Below are positions 12,601 to 23,695 of a DNA stretch of 64,000 nucleotides, piece by piece (the first letter of the stretch is position 1; the number at the start of each line of letters is the position of its first letter). The position numbers were made by a program, and so were the translations under genes. The notes under the pieces are model-generated. The model ran no database searches. It was given only the letters and a program-made list of their open reading frames with translations, and was not told the DNA's origin. The DNA comes from Lama guanicoe (Eukaryota): NCBI GenBank assembly GCA_013239625.1, contig MU054117.1, positions 806,001 through 870,000 on the forward strand, given 5' to 3'.

Positions 12601-14948
12601 TCAAGGGCTTCCCGCGAGCCAGACGCACTGCTAGGCGTGTTAGACACTGTCGGCCCCTGTGATGAGCCTAGGCTGTGCGCATTACCACCCCACACTGCGG
12701 AGGACCCAGGACTGTGCGTGTAAGTGACCTGCCCACGGGTCAGCAGCTGGTAGAACTGAGGGTTGAAATCCTGGCTCAGAACTCCAAACCCCATGCTGAA
12801 GACCACCAGCACTTCTCCCCAGCAGGCGAGTGACTCTGACGACCCGTCTGAGAAAGCCAAGGGTGAGATGAGGTGCTGGGGTGTCCCCGGGCCCCAAACA
12901 GCTGCATCAGCACCGATGACGCAGGAAACTTCAGCCCCGGAATGCCCCCCTCCCCCACAGTCAATCCCGTGAAATGCACGTCTTCTCCAGACAAAGTTGA
13001 CTCCCTTCGTGCACACATGTCACCCGTCACCCTCCACCGCACGGAGCAGGCTAGCCCTGGGCCCGCAGGAGGGGTCCCGGGTGCAGCGGCCCCCAGTGTG
13101 GCCCATGATGAAGCCCCGGCCGAGCTCCTCCGGTCACCTGCCACGGAAGGTACAGGGAAGCGTGGCTCCCTACAGCCCTCCCTCCCTGCCTCTGGCCTCC
13201 GTGCCCAGAGCTACAGCCGGGAAAGGAAGTTCCTGGACACGGAGCGTTTCCTTCCCCTCAGAGGGCGCGTCCTCCTGCTCCACCAGCGCCTTCTCCTCGT
13301 CCGACCTCACCCTCCAGCCCCTCGAACGGGGCTGCCGCCCTGAGGGGCCAGCACCACCCTCTCGGGGACGTGCCTTTGCCTCGATGAGCCGGGGCGGGGG
13401 CAGGGCCGAGGGCAGCGTCTCAGCGTCATTGCCTCCTGGTGCCCAACCCCGAGAGGTCAGGAGCCACCAGAAGCCCCCTGCTGACGCTGACGCCCCACCT
13501 GTCCACACTGACCCACCCGCAGACGGCGGTTCTGCTGCTCCAGCTGAAACGCCGCCTCTTCCGAGTGAGAGCAGCTGGCGTCAGTGCCCCAGAGCAGCCC
13601 CGGTGGCGGCTTCACCTTTGCAAAGGTGACAGTGAGGCAAGTCAGAGCGGAACCGAGTCGGGAGTCGGGAGGGCAGGCCGCCCTCCAGGCTTTATTGCTG
13701 GCCAGCGGCATCGCTGTGGACAACGTCCTTAACTTCTCCGGCTCGAGCATCCTCACGCTCCAAGTGGGAGGTGTGGGCCAGGTGAGCCTCAGAAGGCAGC
13801 ACCCGGGCTCTGTGGGGCGTGACACAAACCTCGTCTCAGCAGCTGAGCAGGTGTGAGTGTTGAAGCGGCAAAGCAAGGAGGCCGCTCTTTTGTAACCAAG
13901 GAAAAAAACAGCAATAGAGTATCTGGGTTTGATCACCAAGGACCCTCAAAAGAGACTTCAGACCTGGCTGTCGGGTTCGCACACACGAGCCCCTCGGAGC
14001 GGTGCCTGCGCGGCCCCGACACGTGTACCGTGACCTCCTGCTTACGTCCGAGCCCTCAGGCGGGACAGGGATCTCCAGGGCCGCCGTCTCTCTGCCCCTG
14101 CGGCACCCCCACCCCGGCTCCCTGCGGGCAGTCAGCGCCATGGCCTGAATGACCTTCGACCGTGCAGAGCTGACACCTGACCACGCCAGAGCCCGCGCGG
14201 CCAGCACACATCTCGCGGACTCTGTGCTTCTCCATTTTTCTGGAGATTTCCACGGGAAAGTGCTCTAACAGGCCTGTGTCCTGGGTGGGGTTGGGGCGGC
14301 CTCTGCAGATGGTGGACTCCCTCCCCGGCCCTTCCCCCCGAGCTCCAGGAAACGGGGTGCCGGTGGGCCCAGTGCCTGACAGCCACACCCCCGGGCTCTC
14401 CTGACACCCCCTTCCTCCACTCCAGAGCCCACCTGCCACCCAACACCGCTGCACCCCGAGCACGGCCTGAGAGGAGTCCACCCTCCTCCGAGGCCTGGCT
14501 CCTGCCGCTCCGCTCACCGCCCGAGGCACAGCCCCCATCTGGGAGGCATTTGGCGCATATTTAATCAAAGGCATCTGATTTCAGTGAGGCCCCAGTTCTT
14601 CCCCTCCGTCTGCTTGGCAGGAAGGAGCCCATTGCACCTGCCTGGCAGCCAGAGCGTGGCGCTCCGCGTCCTCGAGGGCGGGCTGAGTAGCAGAGCAGAC
14701 TTGGGATGAAATTCGACTCGACGTTACGTCGTTGTCCTCAGGTTGCAGGTCACACTGCACACGGGTGCTGCCTTCGGCTGCTGGCAGCGACGGCCCTGCC
14801 CGGGAGGCGGCACCCCAGAACCGCAGCGGGGCAGTGAGTGGCCCCGCAGGCCAGGCCAGGGGGCTCAGGCCCACCCAGGACACAGCACAGAGGGCGGGCG
14901 CGGGAGCCCAGCACCCAAACGGGGCAGAAGGCTCACCCTGAGGCCTCA

Positions 14949-15020
14949 GGGACCACAGCCCGTCGGGACCACAGTGCGTCGGGGACCACAGCCCGGCGGG
15001 GACCACAGCCCGGCAGGGAC
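14949..15020. repeat. Minisatellite, ~17-bp unit GGGACCACAGCCCGGCG x ~4
   Basis: Four direct copies of GGGACCACAG with 16-17 bp period read directly. Confidence 0.9.
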
Positions 15021-15611
15021 GGGCTGGCCCGAGCAGGACGGAGCTGCAGACCCGTGTGACGGGGACGGAGCTGGGTGCAACCAGCCTGCCCCAGAGCAGC
15101 TGGCCAGGTTCCCGGGCTCCCGGGCCGCCAGGGCCAGCCGAGTGACTGGTTCCTGAACTGCCTGGGGACAGAGCTGCACAGGAGCCTCAAACCTCCAGGC
15201 GAGGTAAGCAGAGCGTCATCATGAAAGTGGAAAGAAATGACCGAACCTGCGGGAGAAGCTGGCTGGAGAGGGAAGGAGGCTGGGGCAGAGGCAGGGCCAC
15301 CCGCGGTTCCCTGCCCGCTCTCGCTCGAGGGGCTGGCGGGGGACGAGGCCCGCCTCACTTCTCCGAAGGAGAAGGATAGCCACCGTGTCCTGGGTGGGGC
15401 TGCGCTCCCTCTGATGGCTGGGGTGGGGGGTTCAGAGGCCCTCGGGGGACCTCACCTCAGCGTGGAGCCTGGCGCGGGCTGACCAGTGATGGAGCAATCC
15501 CGGGACGTGAAGCAGCCCGCAGCCGGGGCCGCACTGCAGAGTCAGCCGGGCAGCCCACGGGGCCCTGACGCTGGTCGCCAGCAGAGGCGGAACTGCACTG
15601 GGGCATCCACA

Positions 15612-15778
15612 CCGTGGCTCTCCCGCCGAAGGTGGTCCCAGACCAGCAACACCAGGGGGCTTGTCTGAAATGCCCAACCGCAGCCCGTCCCAGAGCCACC
15701 GAGCCTCGGGGTGGCCCGGGGGTCGGTGTCTCCACAGGTCCTCCAGGAGTCTGACGTGCGGCCGAGGAAGAGAATTAT
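15612..15778. mobile_element. MER5A-like DNA transposon, near full length, GC-shifted
   Basis: CCGTGGCTCTC...GTGGTCCCAGACCAGCAACACCAG...CTTGTCTGAAATGC...CCTCCAGGAGTCTGACGTGC...GAGAATTATT follows MER5A motif order. Confidence 0.75.
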
Positions 15779-16959
15779 TAAAGACGCACACGCCCAAAGG
15801 CTCCCCCACCCAGAACCACAGGATGGTGGGAGGTTACCACGGACAAGGTCACGTCCAGACCGCGCAGGCACAGAAGGACACTCAGGGCCCTGATCCAGCT
15901 GACCCCGCCTCCCCAGGGAGCCGCTCGTGTCCACCCCGTGTGGCCCACAGACCCTCTGCCACTGGGGGTAGGCACCTCTGGGCCCCGGGACGCCCACCAC
16001 CCAGGGGTGCTCGAGGTCAGCCCAGCCCCACAATATCCTCGCTTCTTACACGAGCCCCCACCTGCGGACTCTGGGTTTTCTCTCTCAAAAACTAGAATAA
16101 AAATCTGCTGAAGAGTCCACGGGGGCTGATACCAGTGACCCCTCGCAACATCAGCACCCGAGACGCTTCCTGGGATAGGGAAGAAGTCCCTTATCCTGGG
16201 AGAGCGCCACTAGGCGATAAAAGCAACGTTGTGAGGATTCCCCGCCTCCACCCCCGCCCCCCGGCGAAGAGCGTCCTGGGCCCAAGCTGCACCATTATCA
16301 CTTCTCCGCTCGCCCCCAGCAGCCGACGGGCCGTCGGGGTAGGGACTGCGCTGTCCACGCTGCTGTGACCACAGCGCCCCGCTCATCACCCACGTCCGCT
16401 CCACGGGAGCCGCTGAAGGAACCCCACGGCCTGCTCGTCCACCGGCCAGAGGAGCCCCAAGGCCAGGCTGCAGCAGAGCCGCCGGGCCCGGGTCACCAGG
16501 CCCCTTCCCGCCAAGTCCTTCCCTGGAGCCGATGGCCAATCCCGGGGACGCGTCTGGCAGACACCGGCCCCAGAGAGCCGGCACCGCTGGGGCACACTCT
16601 CCTCTGCCTGCTCCACCCCAGAGACTGCATCCTAGGAATTCCAGCCCCCTAGCTCTCCCCGAGTTCCTTTACTAAAAAGGATCCTGGGAGGGCAAGTTCT
16701 GGTGTCCCGATTCCTTGTCACGCGAACAACCAAACGTGCTCCCAGCGAGTTTTGACGTTAGCGCTAAGTGGAGAGTCAGGTTCAAGGTTCTTTGCAAAGA
16801 AAAAGGACAGACAGAGACAGAAATGGCCGGGTGCGAATGGCGGGCCCTCAGCAGTGGTAACTCTGCCCGTTTCAGTGCCTCCAGCGGCTCCCCCGGGTCC
16901 CGCGAGCCAGGCGGGAAAAGGTGCAAAGGGGCCAGAAGAGCCTAACTCTCGCTGGAGCC

Positions 16960-17056
16960 CTCGGCAGCCTCTCTGGGCCTCAGCTCCCTCACCTGTGAAA
17001 TGGCAGCTGGACTGAGGACCTCGAAGGGGACTTCCAACCCTAAAAGGCGATGACTG
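16960..17056 (+). mobile_element. MIR (MIR3/MIRc-like) fragment
   Basis: CTCTCTGGGCCTCAGCTCCCTCACCTGTGAAATGG...GGACTGAGGACCTCGAAGGGGACTTCCAACCCTAAAA is MIR core plus tail. Confidence 0.8.
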
Positions 17057-19020
17057 AAAACGTCACCAAGCCTGAATAGCTGGCTGTGCACTTCAGAAAG
17101 TGCTTGCCCACCTCCAGTGGGCAGCAGGGAACGCCACCATCTGCGAGGTTCTCCTTGGACTTTTGACTTTGATCCCTGACAAAAGCCCCCCCCCGTGCCC
17201 CCAGAACAGGCCCTGGGCAGGCAGGCCGCAACCTCTCTTTGCACAAGCACGATGGCAGCAGGTTGAGAACAAAGAGCAGGAAAAATGTCAGACAAAGGCA
17301 AGGTCTGGGTAACGGGGAGCAGTGGAAGGGCACGGAGGGGGCCGGAGCGCACAAGTGATCTCGCTGCAGCTTTGCCTGGAGTGACACCAGCTCTGCTGCA
17401 GAGCAGAGTCCTCTGTAGAAGAGCTGGGTCAACTCCCTGGGGTCAGGACGAACCTGGAGAGGGTTCCAGAGAACAGGGCTCCTGGGTTCCAAGAGCTGCT
17501 CAAGGGGCCAGCACAGGCTGGGGAAGGAACGGGGTCCCCCCGTCTCAGCCACACCTTCCTGAGCCAGTCTGACCACGTGCTCTTTGGGGAGGGCGACACA
17601 GGAGCCCTGGTTTGCGGCATCTGCCGATTTCCGTGGTGTAAACGCTGTCACCAGCGCCCACTTGGAACTATCGGTCTGATGACGCTGGACGCAGAGGTCA
17701 GAGGCCCGGGTTCTGTCGGCTCTCGTGAGCCTTCCAACCCCTTGGTCCGAGGCAGGGAGTTCCTGTTAGGTAAACGCGGTGTTTCTAGGGCGGGGACACG
17801 GTCTGAGACACTGCTGCCTGCCCTCGGTGGCCCCTGCTCCACCCACAGGCCGTCCTGCCCAGTCCCCTCTCACCGCAGGGAGGGCAGCAGAGGAAGGAGA
17901 GGGAACCCCCGGGCCAGGCCACCGGGTGACTCCCAGGAAGGTGCTGGGGAGGGGCCTGGAGGCACTGAGAAAAACGAAGTTGGAGTATCACCAGCCAAAG
18001 TTACTCATCCTGGCCCCTGGGGTAGCAGGCGTTGGCTGCAGCCTCACAGGGAGCAAGGGTGATGGACAGAGTGGCCTGGGGCCAGGACATCCGTCTGGTC
18101 CGGGGGCCCACCAGTCGGAACCCGAACAAAGCAAGACCCCACGGAGACCGAGGCCCAAGTTACGGTAAATCACGGATGCGATAATCACTTACATGTGGAC
18201 GTGTCCTACGGGGGACACACGCTTTCACAAATCCCTCCCCAGCCCTGCGCTGTTGTTTTTTTTCTTTTTGATCCCGGGAGGAAGACGGGTACAGGCAGTT
18301 CTTCCCCTAAAAAGCTGAGGGTGCAGGAGTGGGTGCCGTGCGCGGTGGGGAGCTGTCCCATGGCAGCCCCTCGCCCCGTCCCCTCGCCCCGGCACCCCCT
18401 TTCCGGAGCTCTTATTCATCCCGTCTTGGCAGCTGCCTCTTGTGTAACTGAAACCTCAAGAAACTTTTTGTTTGGCTTTATAGTCAGAAGAAATTCCAGT
18501 AACTTGGTTCCCGCTACTCAAAAAAAAAAATTCCCAGCCCGGCTCTGGAGAACTCAGCTCCCCGCCCCCCAGCACAGACTGGTCCCTGAGAGCAGGCTCC
18601 TCCCGCCCCACCCGACTCTGTGCGGGGCCTGGCCCCTCATGCTGCGGCCTGGCGGGCCCGGGGCTGAGGGCAGGGTGAGGCGGGCAACGCGGGCCTGCTC
18701 CGTGGCTGCAGCCAAGAGAGTTAAGGGCTGTTGAAAGGTCTGCTTGGCTGGTCTCCCTCTCACCGGGGTTCGCTGCTCACTTTTGTTTCTGGCCGGCAGG
18801 ACGGGGAGCCTGTGGTGAGGCCCGCTGTCCGCGCACCGGAGACCGTGCCCAGGCCCCCTCCCCGGGCCTCTAACCAGGATCTGCCCGCGTCCTGACCTGC
18901 TGCCTGCCCGCCTGGGCCGGCAAGTGACCGCTGTTGAGTCAGGAAGACGGCCTTGACTCCGTGTGTCCTGAACCCTCTCCTTCAAGTGGGGCCACCGGGA
19001 AGCTTGTTTAAGCAGCAGCA

Positions 19021-19721
19021 AAGGCGGCCTGCCTGCACTGCTGGTGGGAGTGTAAACTGATGCAGCCACCATGGAAAGCAGTGCGGGGGGCTCCCTGAAC
19101 GCTGAACCAGAGCCACCCTGTGACCCAGCAGTCCCACTCCTGGGCACGTAATGGAGGAAACTAATTCGAAAAGTTACGCACACCCCGATGTTCACAGCAG
19201 CACCATTTGCAGCAGCCAAGACGTGGAAACAACCTAAGTGTCCATCGGCAGACGACCGGATAAAGCAGCTGTGCAGTGGAGTACTACTCAGCCACGAAAC
19301 GGAACAGAACAACGCCATTTACAGCAACGGGGATGGGCCTAGAGATGATCACACTAAGTGAAGTAGGTCAGACAGAGAAAGAAAAATCTCACATGACACC
19401 ACTCACTTGTGGAATCTAAAATATGATACAAACAAACGTTTACGAGATGGAAGGAAACTCACAGGCATAGAAAACAGCCGTGTGGTCACCAAAGGGCAAG
19501 TGGGGAGGAGGGGTAAGTTAGGAGCGTGGGAGGAACAGACACCAACAACAATAAACAAAACAGACAGACAAGGTCCGACTGCACAGCTCAGGGAGCCGTG
19601 CTCGGGGCCCTGCGACAACCTGCAGTTTCTCGCAAGAGCTCTGCCTCTTCAGGAAAGAATCTGAAGCTGTGCCCCTGAAACTAACAGAATGCTGTGAACC
19701 AACTACAGCTGAGTAAGAAAG
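19021..19721 (+). mobile_element. L1 3' end (ORF2 C-terminus + 3' UTR), 5'-truncated
   Basis: CACTGCTGGTGGGAGTGTAAAC, GACCCAGCAGTCCCACTCCTGGGC, ATGTTCACAGCAGCA, CTAAGTGAAGTAGGTCAGACAGAGAAAG and TGTGGAATCTAAAA are hallmark L1 motifs; alignable to the 26.2-27.0 kb copy. Confidence 0.95.
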
Positions 19722-19759
19722 AGGTCAACTAAAAGGAAGAGGATTTGGGGGAAGGCAGC

Positions 19760-19866
19760 CCCCTGGGCCCCCCTCCTGAGGAACTGAATCAGAAACCGCA
19801 CTTTAACAGGACCCCCCACCGGTTCAGGGGGCAAGCTGAGCCCGCACGAAGCTGGAGGGACACTAG
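19760..19866. mobile_element. MER5-like fragment
   Basis: CTGAATCAGAAACCGCACTTTAACAGGACCCCC matches the MER5 internal motif. Confidence 0.65.
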
Positions 19867-20194
19867 TGAGAGGTGCCCTGGTGACGCTGCTGGCTGCCTG
19901 CGGCGTGCCGGCGGGACCCGCTCCAGCGGGCGCACGAGCCCCGCACGCACACAGACGGTCCCCGTGGGTGGCCGTGGGCGTTGTGCGCAGGCCCGCGGAG
20001 GTGATCGCTCTCATCGTCCCAAGTCAACCTCGTGACACCCGAAGTCCCCCCGCCTGCATTTCCAGCAGAGCCTTAGCTGACAGTTTGCTACCCAGACCCT
20101 CGCCGCCCCTCTTCTCCTCCATCCCCTCCCACCAGGAAGCCACCTTGTCCGCCTCCCGTGCAGCTGTAACCAGCTGACTGAATCCTGGCCACTC

Positions 20195-20340
20195 AACAGT
20201 TTCCAGACGCACGGACGCACCCTGGGAGCTCGGTCCAAATGCAGAATTCCAGGCTCCACCCCAGACCTACAGTACTCAGATCTGTCTTAAGATCCTCAGT
20301 GACACTTTTGCATATTAAATTCAGGAAGTGTTATCCTAGG
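20195..20340. mobile_element. MER5-like fragment
   Basis: CCTGGGAGCTCGGTCCAAATGCAGAATTCCAGGCTCCACCCCAGACCTAC. Confidence 0.75.
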
Positions 20341-20603
20341 GGCTCCTGGGAAAGTCTCTTTCCTGTTAAAGGGACAGAGTTGCTGCCACCATGCCTGCCT
20401 CATCCCCCTGCCTTGAATGTAAGTATGATGCCAGGGTCGGCATCAGCCATCCACAAGAATGAAAAAGTGAGTGAGCACAAGCAGGCTGGGGATGAGGATG
20501 CAAAAGTGACAAAGAGTCTGGGTCCTCAGTGGCACCCTGAGCTGCTGGACCAGACTTCCTAAGTGTCCTGTTACTGGAAGCTGAAAACATTGCTAATTAA
20601 CAC
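20341..20603 (+). mobile_element. Old MLT1 (J/K-like) LTR fragment
   Basis: CTGCCTTGAATGT..ATGATGCC...CAGCCATC...CTGGGTCCTCAGTGGCACCCTGAGCTGCTGGACCAG...CTGTTACTGGAAGCTGAAAACATTGCTAATTAACAC. Confidence 0.65.
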
Positions 20604-21344
20604 GTGCTCTAAGGCCGAGCACGAGGAAGGGTCTCCAAGGAGGTGGCCACGCCCAGAAGCTGCACCTCCCTGGAGACGCGCCCTGGCCGGGCTGCAGGTC
20701 CCCTGATCCTGACCACTCCTCGGGGGGCATGGCTGGCTGACACTGCGCACAGGCACGCCGCACACGTGTTTCTCGTCCTTCTGAGCGCCTGCGCAGCCAT
20801 GGGGAGCAGCAGTCGTGGTGACCTCCTCCTGAAGTCGCTGCCCCAGGGCCTCCATGGGCACCTGAGTCCCCCCAGGCATTTACTGGACACTCAGTTTCCT
20901 ACGCGGTGCCCGTCCCGCCTCGCTCCGCACACAGGCTCCCTGAGCTTTCTTGTTGGGGACGAAATCCAGCCACTGAGCTCTGCAAGGCAGGGCGCACCCA
21001 GGCCAGCTGGTACCTTTTGGCTCACAGGATGGGCCTTCCTTTGGGGACGGGAAAGGAGGAGGAGGAGGAGGCAGGAGAAACTGGACGCATCCCAACCCAG
21101 CCTCCAAAGAGCGATGCCATGCAAAGTCTAGCCGTTCCAGAAGCGCCACCTTGGGTCTCCTCCCTCCACAATCTCAGCAGTGATCTGGCTTAGACGGTGA
21201 CGCCTCAGCCTGCGGAGGACAGGCTGCAGAGCTCTGGGTTGGTTTTCAAATAACGATCGTCAAATGATTATGTTAAGCTACCTAGGTTCTTCGAAAGGAA
21301 GGCAGTCTGTGGACTGATTACTCCCAATTCACTGAAAGGACGGC

Positions 21345-21642
21345 GGTGCGTACACACAGGGCGCTTCTCAGGAGTATGAAGGGATGGGGTCCGTGAGGTC
21401 ACACGGATGCCCAGTGGCAGCGTCGTGCTGCACTGAAAGAAGCCGGACTCAAAAGGCTACGTACTGAGCGATCATTTATATCATATTCTGGAAAAAGCAA
21501 AGCCATGGGGGTGGAAACCGGAGCGGCGGTCACCAGGAGCAGGGAGGGAGGAGCAACTGCAGAGGATGCTTCTGGGCACGAGGGAACACTTTCGTCTTGA
21601 TGGTGATTGTGGTTATATGATTACACAAATTTGACAAAGTTC
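21345..21642 (+). mobile_element. L1M (MB/MC-like) 3' end fragment
   Basis: AAAAGAAGCCGGACTCAAAAGGCTACGTACTG...CATTTATATCATATTCTGGAAAAAGCAAA...TCTTGATGGTGATTGTGGTTATATGATTACAC. Confidence 0.8.
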
Positions 21643-22038
21643 CTGGGACCGGAGACTTCTGCTTCTGGCCAAGATGGGTTAATGGACTTAGCCCCTTGCC
21701 ATTAACAACCCAAACCGAAAGCATCATAGGGAAAAAATGGGTGAAATAACAGTTTTCGAGCCCTGAGACGGGGGGTCCCAGCCCGTGGGCTCCAGCACTG
21801 CCCACCTGCTGTCTTGTCCGAGGTCTTAGGCCACCATGCACACAAGGGCGCCCGGGTGGAGCCGTGAGAGCCTGAGGAGCTGGGGCCGAGAGTCCCAGGA
21901 GACCAGGGCAGCTGGGCTGCCGGGACGGGGCAGCGGGCAGGGAAGAGCCGTGCAGAGAAGGAGCCCCAGGGCCCGGCAGAGGGGCCTCGGGGCGAGGGGC
22001 GCACGCGTGTGAGGGAGCCACCCGAGGCCGAGGGACGG

Positions 22039-22519
22039 TGCGTTGGTCTGCGGCTCCTGGGAAACAAAGCAGCACGAACTCAGTGGTTAAAACAGCCCAC
22101 GCGCACTTCCGGGCGGCGTCCACGGGTCGGGAGCCCAGGCCCGGCGTGGCTGGGCCCCGTCCGCTCTCACGGGCTGCACGCGAGGTGTCAGCCTGGGCGG
22201 AGCACCGCCTGGAGAAGCACCTGCTCCGGGCCCGTTCTGACTGGAGGCAGGACTCGTCCAGCCCGCAGCCGGGCTCCGGAGGGCTGGGCGCCTTCGAGCT
22301 CCAGCTGGTGCAGAGGAGACGCGTGCAACCCGAACACGCACTGGCGACCCGTCACCTTCCCATGTGACACAGCCCGGTCACATCCCGTTACTCTGTCATG
22401 TGTCACTGGTTAGACACAAGCCCCAGGTCCTGCTCACACTCTAGGGGAGGCGGCTACACAAAGGCGTGACCAAGCAGAGGCAGGCGTCACTGAAGGCCAC
22501 CCGAGGGCCCTTCTGCCAC
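22039..22519 (-). mobile_element. MLT1F-like solo LTR nested in the L1 5' region
   Basis: AACAAAGCAGCACGAACTCAGTGGTTAAAACAGC...TGGTTAGACACAAGCCCCAGGTCCTGCTCACACTCTAGGGGAGG..TACACAAAGGCGTGA...TGCCACG follows the recalled reverse-complement MLT1F. Confidence 0.8.
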
Positions 22520-22951
22520 GAGCCACCAGGAGGGTTAAAGGGAGTGGGGCCCAGCGCTCACAGACCGACGTCTCCCGGGAACCAGGCTCGAGGAGCTCGT
22601 GCCTCACCGCGCACTGGCAGCGGACGCGAAGGGTCTGCCTCGGTCGCAGGGGGACTTGTCCCCAGACTAAGGGCCGCACTGGCTCCACCCAACGCGTTTT
22701 AGAGGCAAAAAGGCCCCGCCACTCGGGGTCAGAGCGCTGGCAGCGCACGTGCAGGACGAAAAGGCCCGCCACCTCCCGGAGCTGAGCTGAGTCCCGAGCA
22801 GAGCTCAGGAACGTCTTCCGACCATTTTGAATGAGCTGAGCTTGTAAGAAATCAAAATGACCCAAAATAAAATCTGCAATCCTGGCAGCCAAGACACGAA
22901 AGCAGGAAAATGCAACCCATGGCAAGGGGGAGAGTCAGTCCAAACCGACCC

Positions 22952-23041
22952 CGAGCTGCAGGTGCATCAGAGCTACAGGCGTGTCGTCAGAGCTACAGAC
23001 ACGTCAGAGTTACAGACGCGTCAGAGCTGCAGGCGCGTCAG
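22952..23041. repeat. Minisatellite, ~17-bp unit CAGAGCTRCAGRCRCGT x ~5, within L1 ORF1 remnant
   Basis: Direct copies read at 22952, 22968, 22988, 23005 and 23022. Confidence 0.85.
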
Positions 23042-23550
23042 TTAGCGGCAGGGACGTTGCTGCTGCCATCACAACTGTCCTGCACGTGGCCAGGAAGTTT
23101 AGCAAAGACATGAAAGACGTTTAAAAGACCCCAGAAGTCATAGAGAGGAAAACTACAACGTCTGATTTAAAAAACACACTGGGTAGGATTAACGTCAGAT
23201 TTTATGTGGCAAAAAAAAAAAAAGAGTAAACTTGAAGCCCTAGTAATAGAAACGACCGAAAATGAAAGACAGATTTAAAAAATGAAATGAAACATGAAGT
23301 GCAAGGAGAACTTCAAATAATTTAATACACAGAGTCCCCACAGGAGCAGGGAGCGTGGAGACACAGAAACGTACAGAGTGAAGAGCTAACACTTCACCAA
23401 GTTTAATTTTTAAAGCACAAACCCCCAGTCCAAGAAGCTCAATGAACAGTAAGCATAAGAAATACGGAAAGAAGCTTCCACACCAAGGCATCCCATAGCC
23501 AACTGCTCAAAGCCCGTGAGAGAGAGGAAACAGCAGAAGCTGCCAGAGTC

Positions 23551-23695
23551 GGGGGGAGGGTGCAGCGCAGCGTGGAGCACGCGCTTGGCGTGCGCCAGCC
23601 GTGCACTTGGTGTGCACGAGGTCCTGGGTTCCATCCCCAGTCCCTCTGTTAAAAAACAAACAAACCTAATTACCTCCCCCCCAAAAAAGAAAAAA
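23551..23695 (+). mobile_element. Camelid tRNA-derived SINE (Vic-1-like), GC-shifted head with internal duplication
   Basis: GGGGAGGG...GCACGAGGTCCTGGGTTCCATCCCCAGT (B box)...AAACCTAATTACCTCCCCCCC plus A-tail. Confidence 0.9.

Noticed and set aside
18193-18205. 13-nt minus-strand micro-exon (tag|GACACGTCCACAT|gtaagt)
   Set aside because: The pyrimidine tract is weak, the exon is not frame-preserving, and there is no support beyond the motif.
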